The notes under the pieces are model-generated. The model saw nothing but the letters and a program-made list of their open reading frames with translations, did no database searches and had not been told where the DNA came from. Of a DNA stretch of 32,741 bases, positions 1 through 6,125 are shown piece by piece. The DNA comes from a bacterium. Its GTDB lineage: Bacteria > Patescibacteriota > Minisyncoccia > Phycocordibacterales > Phycocordibacteraceae. The DNA lies in assembly GCA_021782715.1 (NCBI GenBank), contig JAJXUR010000001.1, positions 1 to 32,741 of the forward strand. Reading direction: 5' to 3'. The first letter of the stretch is position 1. Each line of letters begins with the position of its first letter. Made by a program: the position numbers and the translations under genes.

Positions 1-14
1 GTATCATATAAATT

Positions 15-265
15 ATAGCGGGGTAGAGGAGAGCTGTGTCCCACAGGCGGGAGGGCAGTTGCAAAGCTTCCCGTAAGAAAAGTAGAATACATATAGCGGG
101 GTAGAGGAGAGTTGGTAATCCAAGCGGGAGGGCGAGTGCGAAGCTCTTCAGGTCATGATAGCTATAACATAGCGGGGTAGAGGAGAGCTGTGTCCCACAG
201 GCGGGAGGGCAGTTGCAAAGCTTCCCGTAAGAAAAGTAGAATACATATAGCGGGGTAGAGGAGAG
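15..265 (+). repeat. Tandem array of four copies of the 19-nt block ATAGCGGGGTAGAGGAGAG (2 leader nt plus tRNA-Met positions 1-17). Copies start at 15, 93, 169 and 247, giving a 76-78 nt period. The fourth copy is the real tRNA 5' end.
   Basis: Read directly. Units 15-92 and 169-246 are identical. Unit 93-168 differs after the 19-mer but keeps GCGGGAGGG, which resembles the anticodon-stem 5' strand. Each pseudo-unit replaces the D-arm 3' side with a small hairpin: CTGTG-TCC-CACAG or TTGG-TAAT-CCAA. Confidence 0.9.
213..242 (+). promoter_or_regulatory. Sigma70-like promoter TTGCAA-N18-TAGAAT, ending about 7 nt before tRNA position 1. An identical copy at 59-88 faces pseudo-unit 2.
   Basis: Hexamers and spacing read from the sequence. 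There is no experimental support. Confidence 0.45.
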
Positions 266-319
266 GTACCTCGGGAGGCTCATAACCTCCAGACGCCGGT
301 TCGATTCCGGCCCCCGCAA
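249..319 (+). tRNA. tRNA-Met, anticodon CAT, initiator-like; CCA is not encoded
   Basis: A manual cloverleaf fits. Acceptor is AGCGGGG/CCCCGCA with a 1:72 A.A mismatch. D stem is GAGG/CCTC with A11:T24. Anticodon arm is GGAGG-CTCATAA-CCTCC. Variable loop is 4 nt. T arm is GCCGG-TTCGATT-CCGGC. The 3' end CCGGCCCCCGCAAC matches my memory of E. coli tRNA-fMet. Only 2 of the 3 canonical G:C pairs are present at the base of the anticodon stem. Confidence 0.85.
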
Positions 320-390
320 CACGGTTGTGAGTCAGTGTCAAGTACCGTCCCCCATCAGAAATCTCTGAAATCGGGTACAGTACCGCTAGG
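320..390 (+). repeat. Partial copy (M1) of the module core, directly abutting the tRNA 3' end
   Basis: CACGGTTGTGA ... AGTACCG ... GGGTACAGTACCGCTAGG aligns with the cores at 2289, 3914 and 6018. Confidence 0.6.
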
Positions 391-430
391 CATGAAGCTC
401 CGAAAAATAAAAAAGCGCATGCAACACCAG

Positions 431-757
431 ATGAAATTATCGACAGAGCCTTTCAATCAGATTGCTTCTGGTGCGAAGGTCATTGAGTCGCGTCTCTTTG
501 ATGAGAAGCGCCAACAAATCGCGCTCGGTGATGAGATAGAGTTCAGTGAGAACGATCACCCAGAAAACAAGGTGCGTACGAAGGTTATCGGGCTTCTTCG
601 CTATCAATCGTTTAAAGACCTTTTCGCGGACCATGAGCCGGCGCTCTTTGGCGGCGAGAGCAGGGAGTTTCTCTTCAGTCAGATTAAACAATTCTATTCG
701 GACGAAGACGAGCAGAAGTATGGTGTCGTGGGCGTGCGAATCGAAAAACTTGACTAA
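431..757 (+). CDS. ASCH domain protein. ATG 431 is preferred, with ATG 419 as an alternative. The track start at 335 lies inside the repeat/tRNA trailer.
   Basis: MKLSTEPFNQIASGAKVIESRLFDEKRQ..GDEIEF resembles the ASCH (ASC-1 homology) N-terminus. The protein would be about 108 aa. Confidence 0.7.
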   Translation: MKLSTEPFNQIASGAKVIESRLFDEKRQQIALGDEIEFSENDHPENKVRTKVIGLLRYQSFKDLFADHEPALFGGESREFLFSQIKQFYSDEDEQKYGVVGVRIEKLD

Positions 758-778
758 GTGAGCATATTTCCGAAAAGA

Positions 779-817
779 ACACAGAAGCCGCGACGCACGT
801 CGCGGCTTCTGTGTTTG
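779..817 (+). terminator. Hairpin with a 16-bp perfect stem, ACACAGAAGCCGCGAC-GCAC-GTCGCGGCTTCTGTGT, followed by TTT
   Basis: Read directly. It lies 3' of the ASCH gene. The same stem recurs at 17454-17493. Confidence 0.6.
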
Positions 818-835
818 TCCAGTATCATTGCGTGT

Positions 836-1075
836 ATGAAGATCTACGCCGAAGTTGGGATTGGGAATGGCACGTTCTTCTCAACTGAATACGAAGATGG
901 TGATCGGGAATATCGAGTCTCAAGATTCGTGAGACCACCACGTGTAATGGAATATTATGTTCGTATTTGGATACGAAAGACGGTGTATATATTCTCGACT
1001 AACGAGGGTTTCAAGAAAGTCCCAAAAGATAAAACCAGATTCAAGCTCCTGTTTGGAGTGGGCGGCGTGCGTTAG
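836..1075 (+). CDS. Hypothetical small protein, 79 aa
   Basis: This is an ORF only. The track start at 758 would read through the terminator hairpin, so ATG 836 is preferred. Confidence 0.45.
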   Translation: MKIYAEVGIGNGTFFSTEYEDGDREYRVSRFVRPPRVMEYYVRIWIRKTVYIFSTNEGFKKVPKDKTRFKLLFGVGGVR

Positions 1076-1084
1076 TATAACAAT

Positions 1085-1720
1085 ATGATCAAGAGTATCT
1101 TCCTCCTCAGCATGATGAGCCCGCTCGATGAGAGTCTGCGCGAAGCGCTCGCCAGAGAGATTCTCAAGCGCGGCACGAAGGTGGCATATATATCTTCAAG
1201 TCCGCAGACTGGCGACCAACCATATTACCAATCCACCATTGCCGACTATACTGCCATTAGTCCCGACATCCGCATCGACTATTTCGACCTCTCAGATGCC
1301 TTTACGGATGAAATGCTTGCAGGACTTTCTTCCTATGCCGCCATCTATCTCTCGGGAGGGAATACGTTCACGTTCATGGATAGTGCACGGAAGCGCGGAC
1401 TCCAGACACTGCTTGAACAGCATCTAGCAAACGGTGGCGTCCTTGTCGGTGCGAGCGCAGGGAGCATTATGTGCACACCATCGATCGAGCTCGCGAAATT
1501 TGGTGACGAGAATGAGGTTGGCATGATCGACTTCTCGGGCTTCGGTTTTGTCGATTTCGAGTTTCATCCGCACTTCACGGGCGATCAGTACGAGCACATG
1601 CATCTTACAGAATACCAACGCACGCACGGGCGGGAGATTTATACATGCAAGGACGGAGCGGGGCTGCATGTTTCTGATTTAGGAGTAGAAGCATTTGGAA
1701 GTGTATCGAAGTATACTTAA
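1085..1720 (+). CDS. S51 family peptidase (peptidase E / cyanophycinase-like)
   Basis: LSGGNTF and VGASAGS motifs are typical of the S51 serine peptidase fold. Confidence 0.7.
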   Translation: MIKSIFLLSMMSPLDESLREALAREILKRGTKVAYISSSPQTGDQPYYQSTIADYTAISPDIRIDYFDLSDAFTDEMLAGLSSYAAIYLSGGNTFTFMDSARKRGLQTLLEQHLANGGVLVGASAGSIMCTPSIELAKFGDENEVGMIDFSGFGFVDFEFHPHFTGDQYEHMHLTEYQRTHGREIYTCKDGAGLHVSDLGVEAFGSVSKYT

Positions 1721-1724
1721 CAAT

Positions 1725-2099
1725 ATGGAAAAACAACCGACCAGCAATATGGAAAACAAAATAACCAACTCTGCCGAATATCTCGGTAAGACGGTTGCGA
1801 TAAAAATCGATCGACAGCTCGGGTCGAAGCACCCGAAGCACGGATTTGTGTATGAGCTCAACTATGGCTTCGTGCCAGATACTATCTCACCCGATGGAGA
1901 AGAACTCGATGCGTATTTGCTTGGCGTCGATACCCCTGTCGAGACATTTACGGGCGAGTGCATTGCGATTATTCACCGCACCAACGATGATGATGACAAA
2001 CTGATTGTCGTGCCAGAAGGGAATGTTTTTTCAGACGAAGAAATCCGCACGATGACGAATTTCCAAGAGCAATTCTTCAAATCAGAGATTGTGAGATAA
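1725..2099 (+). CDS. Inorganic diphosphatase-like protein (short family I PPase fold)
   Basis: NYGFVPDT..DGEELDAYLL...DDDDKLIVVP resembles the PPase core NYGFIPxT..DGDPLDxLVL..D.KIIAVP. ATG 1725 avoids overlap with the upstream gene. Confidence 0.5.
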   Translation: MEKQPTSNMENKITNSAEYLGKTVAIKIDRQLGSKHPKHGFVYELNYGFVPDTISPDGEELDAYLLGVDTPVETFTGECIAIIHRTNDDDDKLIVVPEGNVFSDEEIRTMTNFQEQFFKSEIVR

Positions 2100-2135
2100 A
2101 CATACATGATCTGATGTATAAGAATATCTGAGCAT

Positions 2136-2565
2136 GGGCGCGGGAATCGAACTATAGCGAGTAAGGTAAAAAATGGGGATAGGAATCGAACTCTAGCAAA
2201 TACGGGACGAAATCGTCGATTCGATTCGCGCCCCCGCAACAAACGAGCGAAGGCGAGTGCAGTGCCCAGCGCCAGCAGGCGGCGGGTGCACGGTTGTGAC
2301 GCCAGGAACCAGTACCGACAGGCATCAAAATTGGTACTGTACCGCTCAGGGTGTTCACCAGAAAAAGCTCGCAAATACAATGCGAGCTTTTTCTGTTATG
2401 TAGCATTTCCAACATATTTCCAGTTCGATTCCGGCTCTCGTATTCGGTGCAGTTTCGTGTCGCAATCACATCAAAATTGATCTGGTTTTGAGCAGGGGCA
2501 CAGGAATCGAACTGGCGAAAGAAAGTGAATACGCCGGTTCCTGACTTCCCGTCCTCCCGAGGGGT
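2136..2565 (+). repeat. Intergenic repeat module M2: tRNA-fragment head, tRNA 3'-end-like site, 117-nt core, and tail hairpin
   Basis: GGAATCGAAC (reverse complement of a T-loop) occurs at 2143, 2182 and 2503. TCGATTCGATTCGCGCCCCCGCAAC at 2215-2240 resembles the tRNA 3' end. The core at 2289-2405 is 115/117 identical to 3914-4030. Confidence 0.8.
2362..2392 (+). terminator. Intrinsic terminator AAAAAGCTCGCA-loop-TGCGAGCTTTTT
   Basis: 8-bp stem flanked by an A-run and a T-run. It closes the 117-nt core. Confidence 0.8.
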
Positions 2566-2597
2566 CAGTACAGTTTTAGGGTTGCCGGCAATGACCA

Positions 2598-2626
2598 TTG
2601 ACGATATGCATAATCCATGTTATCTT
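2598..2626 (+). promoter_or_regulatory. Promoter-like TTGACG-N17-(TGt)TATCTT upstream of the 2798 gene
   Basis: Hexamers and an extended -10 TG were read from the sequence. About 170 nt of structured leader follows. Confidence 0.45.
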
Positions 2627-2797
2627 AACGGCAGCTCTCAGGCTCTTTCCATCCCAAGAATCACTCCCCATGAAGCGAGCTTTGTGCGACCTATCTTTTA
2701 CAATTGTTATCGCAAGATAGCTAACTAGGTCGTACGCAGCTCGCCTCATGGGAGGACAGAGTCGCTCACCCGACGGTTCGGGACAAGGGATAACGTC

Positions 2798-3694
2798 ATG
2801 ACGACGATTACTCAAGCTGCACAAGCAACAGCCGGTCAAATCAAGCAGATCAACCGGTTTGGCTCCGACGCCATCGAGAAAGTCCTCGGTGAATTCGGCC
2901 TCGACAACCCTGGCGCTCAACGCGTCATCGAACACGGCGACGAATTCTCCGAAGCTATCCGTATCGCAGTGCTCGCCTCGCTCAAAGACCTGTCGGTCTT
3001 CGACAAGTACAAGAACGAAGAAGTATCCTCGACGTACGGCTACCTCTCTGGCTACAAGAAGCCGAAGAGTATCACCGAGCAGACCAACATCCTCCGTCAG
3101 ATGTTCCCTGGTATTGGCTTTGCCGACGAGAAGCTTGCCGAACGTGAAGTGCCGAAGAATGCCGACAACGGATGGTTCGCCATCCCGAAGTGGCAGTCGC
3201 TCGCACCAACCTATGGTGAAGCCGTCCAACTGGTGCTGAACAAACTCAATGAATCCCGTAACGGTGCGTTCTACAACTACCGCGAAGGTGAACTGGGTCC
3301 TGATCAGCTCCGCCAATCAGCGAAGACGGTAAGTATGTTCCAGAAGCTTGCTGAAGAGCAGAGCAAGTACGACATCCTTGTGGTCGCAGCCCAATTCGGC
3401 ATACGCCACCGTGGTCGCTCCGTTCGTCGTGTGCGTGAGATCCTGCTCGGCAACGAGTTTGGCCTCGGCGCATTTGCCGTCGGCATCATGCTCCTCACGC
3501 ATCCGGAACGTTTTCAGCACGACAATGACCTCTACATCGACTGCGCCGGCGACGAGTTCAAGCCGAGTGACGAGCACGAGTTCTCGCGCGCCCCGATCTG
3601 GAACTTCGACGACGACGAGCTCAAGTTCGACGCGTGCGGGGTCGGCAATGCGGACTTCAACTACGGCTCGGCTTCCGGCTTCCTTCCGCAGTGA
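2798..3694 (+). CDS. Hypothetical protein, 298 aa, no family recognised
   Basis: Long ORF with no predicted TM segments by eye. It is preceded by the M2 promoter and leader. Confidence 0.7.
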   Translation: MTTITQAAQATAGQIKQINRFGSDAIEKVLGEFGLDNPGAQRVIEHGDEFSEAIRIAVLASLKDLSVFDKYKNEEVSSTYGYLSGYKKPKSITEQTNILRQMFPGIGFADEKLAEREVPKNADNGWFAIPKWQSLAPTYGEAVQLVLNKLNESRNGAFYNYREGELGPDQLRQSAKTVSMFQKLAEEQSKYDILVVAAQFGIRHRGRSVRRVREILLGNEFGLGAFAVGIMLLTHPERFQHDNDLYIDCAGDEFKPSDEHEFSRAPIWNFDDDELKFDACGVGNADFNYGSASGFLPQ

Positions 3695-3766
3695 TTCTTG
3701 CTGCTTGAGTTCTTGGGTCTTTTGCAATTTAATTCTTTTGCTTGATCCTTGGGCTCGAAAATTTTC

Positions 3767-3805
3767 GGGGTTATTCACTTGCTGGATAACCCCGATTTCT
3801 TTTTA
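3767..3805 (+). terminator. Intrinsic terminator GGGGTTAT-loop-ATAACCCC followed by a T-rich tract
   Basis: Read directly, 3' of the 2798-3694 gene. Confidence 0.7.
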
Positions 3806-3808
3806 TAA

Positions 3809-4190
3809 TGGGCGTCGGAATCGAACCGCAGCGAGCAAAGTAAAAAATGGGGGCAGGAATCGAACTTGAGTATCTAGGCCGTAGAAAGTCCAGTTCGATT
3901 ATGGACCCGGCAACACGGTTGTGACGCCAGGAACCAGTACCGACAGGCATCAAAACTGGTACTGTACCGCTCAGGGTGTTCACCAGAAAAAGCTCGCAAA
4001 TACCATGCGAGCTTTTTCTGTTATGTAGCAAATACAACAGATATTCAGTTCGATTCCGATTCTCGTATTGAACGACGTTTCGTGTTGCAATCACATCCAA
4101 GTCGGCCTGATTTTAAGCGGGGGGCGCGGGAATCGAACTGGCGAAACTCAGTGTCTACAGCGGTTCCCGATCCCCGTCCTTCCGTGGGTG
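3809..4190 (+). repeat. Intergenic repeat module M3, same architecture as M2
   Basis: GGAATCGAAC occurs at 3817, 3856 and 4129. CAGTTCGATTATGGACCCGGCAAC at 3891-3914 resembles the tRNA 3' end. The core spans 3914-4030 and the tail hairpin spans 4127-4169. Confidence 0.8.
3987..4017 (+). terminator. Intrinsic terminator, copy of 2362-2392 with one change in the loop
   Basis: Read directly. Confidence 0.8.
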
Positions 4191-4217
4191 GCGAGAATAT
4201 TCACCGTTCAACTTATG

Positions 4218-4226
4218 TGGTATACT
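4218..4226 (+). promoter_or_regulatory. Extended -10 element TGgTATACT upstream of the ABC-F gene
   Basis: Same position and form as the TGtTATCTT element in M2. No good -35 is present. Confidence 0.4.
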
Positions 4227-4296
4227 AAACTCACTCCAATGAAGTATTACGCATAAGCTTTTATCAGCTAATCACGGGGCCGACACACGCCCCGGT

Positions 4297-5904
4297 ATGC
4301 GTATGCAAATACTTCTCTCTACAAAAGACATAGGGTTCGAACTTCCGGATAAAACGCTATTTAAAGCGCTTACGTTTCCCCTTTCCAAAGGCGATCGCAT
4401 AGGACTCATTGGAAAGAACGGCGAAGGGAAAACGACGATTCTTAAGATCCTGGCTAAGGTGGCAGAACCAAGCTCTGGGCACGTGAATGTCATCGGGAAA
4501 GTCCATTATGTCCCGCAACTGGATTTCGCGCTTTTCGAGCAGGCTGACACGGTGGTTGTTTTTCTCAAAAGCAAAGGTATCTCATGGCCCCTCGTACAGG
4601 CGTCACTCGGTCGACTCTTTGGTGTGCCGAGTATTACTAAGGATAAAGAAATGCGAGCACTATCTGGAGGCGAGCTTGCCAAGCTGTTGATTGCCATAGC
4701 CGATACGGATAGGCCAGATATCCTCTTGCTCGATGAGCCGACTAACCATCTCGATGTCGAAGGTCTGGAAGTCTTGAAGAACTACCTACTTACGTTTAAG
4801 GGCGCGTTCGTTGTGGTATCTCATGACCCTTTGTTCTTGGATCATGTCGTATCTGCCATTTGGGAGATCGACATGGGAAGCCTGTCCCGCTTTGGTGGCA
4901 ACTACTCGGAGTACCAGGAACAGAAGCGACTAGCCGATGAAGCCCGTGAACGCGATCTTGAAGCAGCAAAGAAAGACGTGAAGAAAGCACGCAGAGCAAT
5001 TGAAGCTCGCGAGACTCGGGTCGTTCGTGCCGCACGTACCGGGAGGCTTGCTAAACTTGAGCCAAGTCGGGACAAAATGGCCGAGGCGCACCGCACCAAC
5101 ATGGCCGAACGGGAGGCGGGGAAACTGAAACGCCGACAAGACCGCATGATGGAAGAGCGACAGCAACACGTCTCGCAATTGGAAAGACCGAAACGAAAGA
5201 CGGCACATCTTGATCTTGCTGTCGGCGCGGAGCGTTCTAAGCGGATGCTCGTTAGCGTGTCTGACGGCCTGCTTGGAGTGGGAAATACGAATCTAATTCA
5301 GGATATCAGTCTGCGTATAGAATTTGGCGACCGCATCGTCTTCACTGGTAAGAATGGCTCGGGGAAGAGCCTCCTCGTTAAGGCACTCATGGGTATGCCA
5401 GGCCCGTTCTCGTTCGAAGGGACAATCAGGCGTGGAGAAAATCTCGATGCGGTGTATATGGATCAGAAATATCAATCTGTTGATCCCGAACTCTCCATTC
5501 TCGAGAATCTTCTGCAGGCGAATCCACACTTAGATGAAAATGCCGCTCGAGGTCAGCTCGGCAAGTTTCTTTTTGGCGTGGATGTGAGCATCAAGAAAAA
5601 GTCTGGGACACTTTCGGGCGGAGAAATCGCTCGTCTTGTCCTTGCGCAGGTTACGTCTAAACCGATTGATCTGCTCGTTCTTGATGAACCTACGAACAAT
5701 CTTGATATTGAAACGCTAGATATTATCGCTGACGCCCTCCGGGATTTTTCAGGTGCGCTAGTAGTTGTATCGCACAACGTTCACTTTCTGTCGCGACTCG
5801 GGATTAATCGTGCATACGTTATTAGTGAAGAGCGATTGAAGGAGATGAAGTTCTTGCCTGAGAACGAAGTTGAATTTTATTCTGAGCTTGTTGCTGCGGA
5901 ATAA
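4297..5904 (+). CDS. ABC-F family ATPase: two ABC domains joined by a charged linker, no TM domain
   Basis: Walker A motifs are GKNGEGKT and GKNGSGKS. LSGGE occurs twice. Walker B motifs are LLLDEPTNHLD and LVLDEPTNNLD. The interdomain linker is rich in K/R/E. Confidence 0.85.
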   Translation: MRMQILLSTKDIGFELPDKTLFKALTFPLSKGDRIGLIGKNGEGKTTILKILAKVAEPSSGHVNVIGKVHYVPQLDFALFEQADTVVVFLKSKGISWPLVQASLGRLFGVPSITKDKEMRALSGGELAKLLIAIADTDRPDILLLDEPTNHLDVEGLEVLKNYLLTFKGAFVVVSHDPLFLDHVVSAIWEIDMGSLSRFGGNYSEYQEQKRLADEARERDLEAAKKDVKKARRAIEARETRVVRAARTGRLAKLEPSRDKMAEAHRTNMAEREAGKLKRRQDRMMEERQQHVSQLERPKRKTAHLDLAVGAERSKRMLVSVSDGLLGVGNTNLIQDISLRIEFGDRIVFTGKNGSGKSLLVKALMGMPGPFSFEGTIRRGENLDAVYMDQKYQSVDPELSILENLLQANPHLDENAARGQLGKFLFGVDVSIKKKSGTLSGGEIARLVLAQVTSKPIDLLVLDEPTNNLDIETLDIIADALRDFSGALVVVSHNVHFLSRLGINRAYVISEERLKEMKFLPENEVEFYSELVAAE

Positions 5905-5907
5905 AGA

Positions 5908-6047
5908 AAAAATGGGGGCAGGAATCGAACTGTAGCGAGCAAAGCAAAAAATGGGAGCAGGGATCGAACTCTAGCAAATACGGGGCGAAATCGTCGATTC
6001 GATTATGGACCCAGCAACACGGTTGTGACGCCAGGAACCAGTACCGG
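5908..6047 (+). repeat. Intergenic repeat module M4: head plus the first 30 nt of the core
   Basis: GGAATCGAAC occurs at 5921 and the variant GGGATCGAAC at 5960. The head is near-identical to the M2 head (CTCTAGCAAATACGGGrCGAAATCGTCGATTCGATT). The site and core start are near-identical to M3. Confidence 0.75.
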
Positions 6048-6088
6048 CTCGCCTAAAGGTCAGTACGGTATCGGCAGGCATCACGTAT

Positions 6089-6125
6089 GCAAAGATCGCG
6101 ACAATTGTCGCGATCTTTGCATTTT
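6089..6125 (+). terminator. Perfect 14-bp hairpin GCAAAGATCGCGAC-AATT-GTCGCGATCTTTGC followed by ATTTT
   Basis: Read directly. It ends 18 nt before the ATG at 6143. Confidence 0.75.

Noticed and set aside
15-265. Possible CRISPR array, seen as a regular 19-nt repeat with spacers of about 58 nt
   Set aside because: Spacers 1 and 3 are identical and spacer 2 is homologous to them. The repeat is the 5' end of the adjacent tRNA and is not palindromic. No cas genes are present. It is a tandem duplication, not a CRISPR array.
335-430. N-terminal extension of the ASCH ORF from the track start at 335
   Set aside because: The start at 335 is a GTG inside the tRNA trailer/module core. The recognisable ASCH domain begins at MKLSTEPF (ATG 431).
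758-835. Track start at 758 for the ORF 758-1075
   Set aside because: This stretch is the 16-bp-stem hairpin/terminator. The translated TQKPRRTSRLLC is the same artefact peptide produced by the twin hairpin at 17454-17493.
2136-2240. Minus-strand tRNA genes suggested by A-run+TGGGGnnAGGAATCGAAC blocks. The same question applies at 3809-3914, 5908-6017, 2494-2512 and 4121-4138.
   Set aside because: I tried to fold each block. The 5 nt on either side of the T-loop-like heptamer are not complementary, too few nucleotides remain for a 7-bp acceptor strand, and no matching 5' acceptor strand or anticodon arm occurs within 90 nt. These are fragments or hairpin arms, not genes.
2331-2350. T-box riboswitch resemblance of GGTACTGTACCGCTCAGG to the T-box consensus GGGTGGTACCGCG
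   Set aside because: The match is only partial. No stem I or specifier architecture is present. The terminator at 2362-2392 is self-contained and does not compete with this segment. The downstream genes are not aaRS or amino-acid genes.
2152-2598. Conserved minus-strand ORFs 2152-2598 and 3771-4100, which share peptide stretches such as LHNRKSSH.ICELFLVNTLSGTVP.LMPVGTGSWRHNR
   Set aside because: The conservation is explained by the near-identical DNA repeat. The frames run through a terminator hairpin and tRNA-like fragments. The protein similarity ends where the DNA similarity ends.
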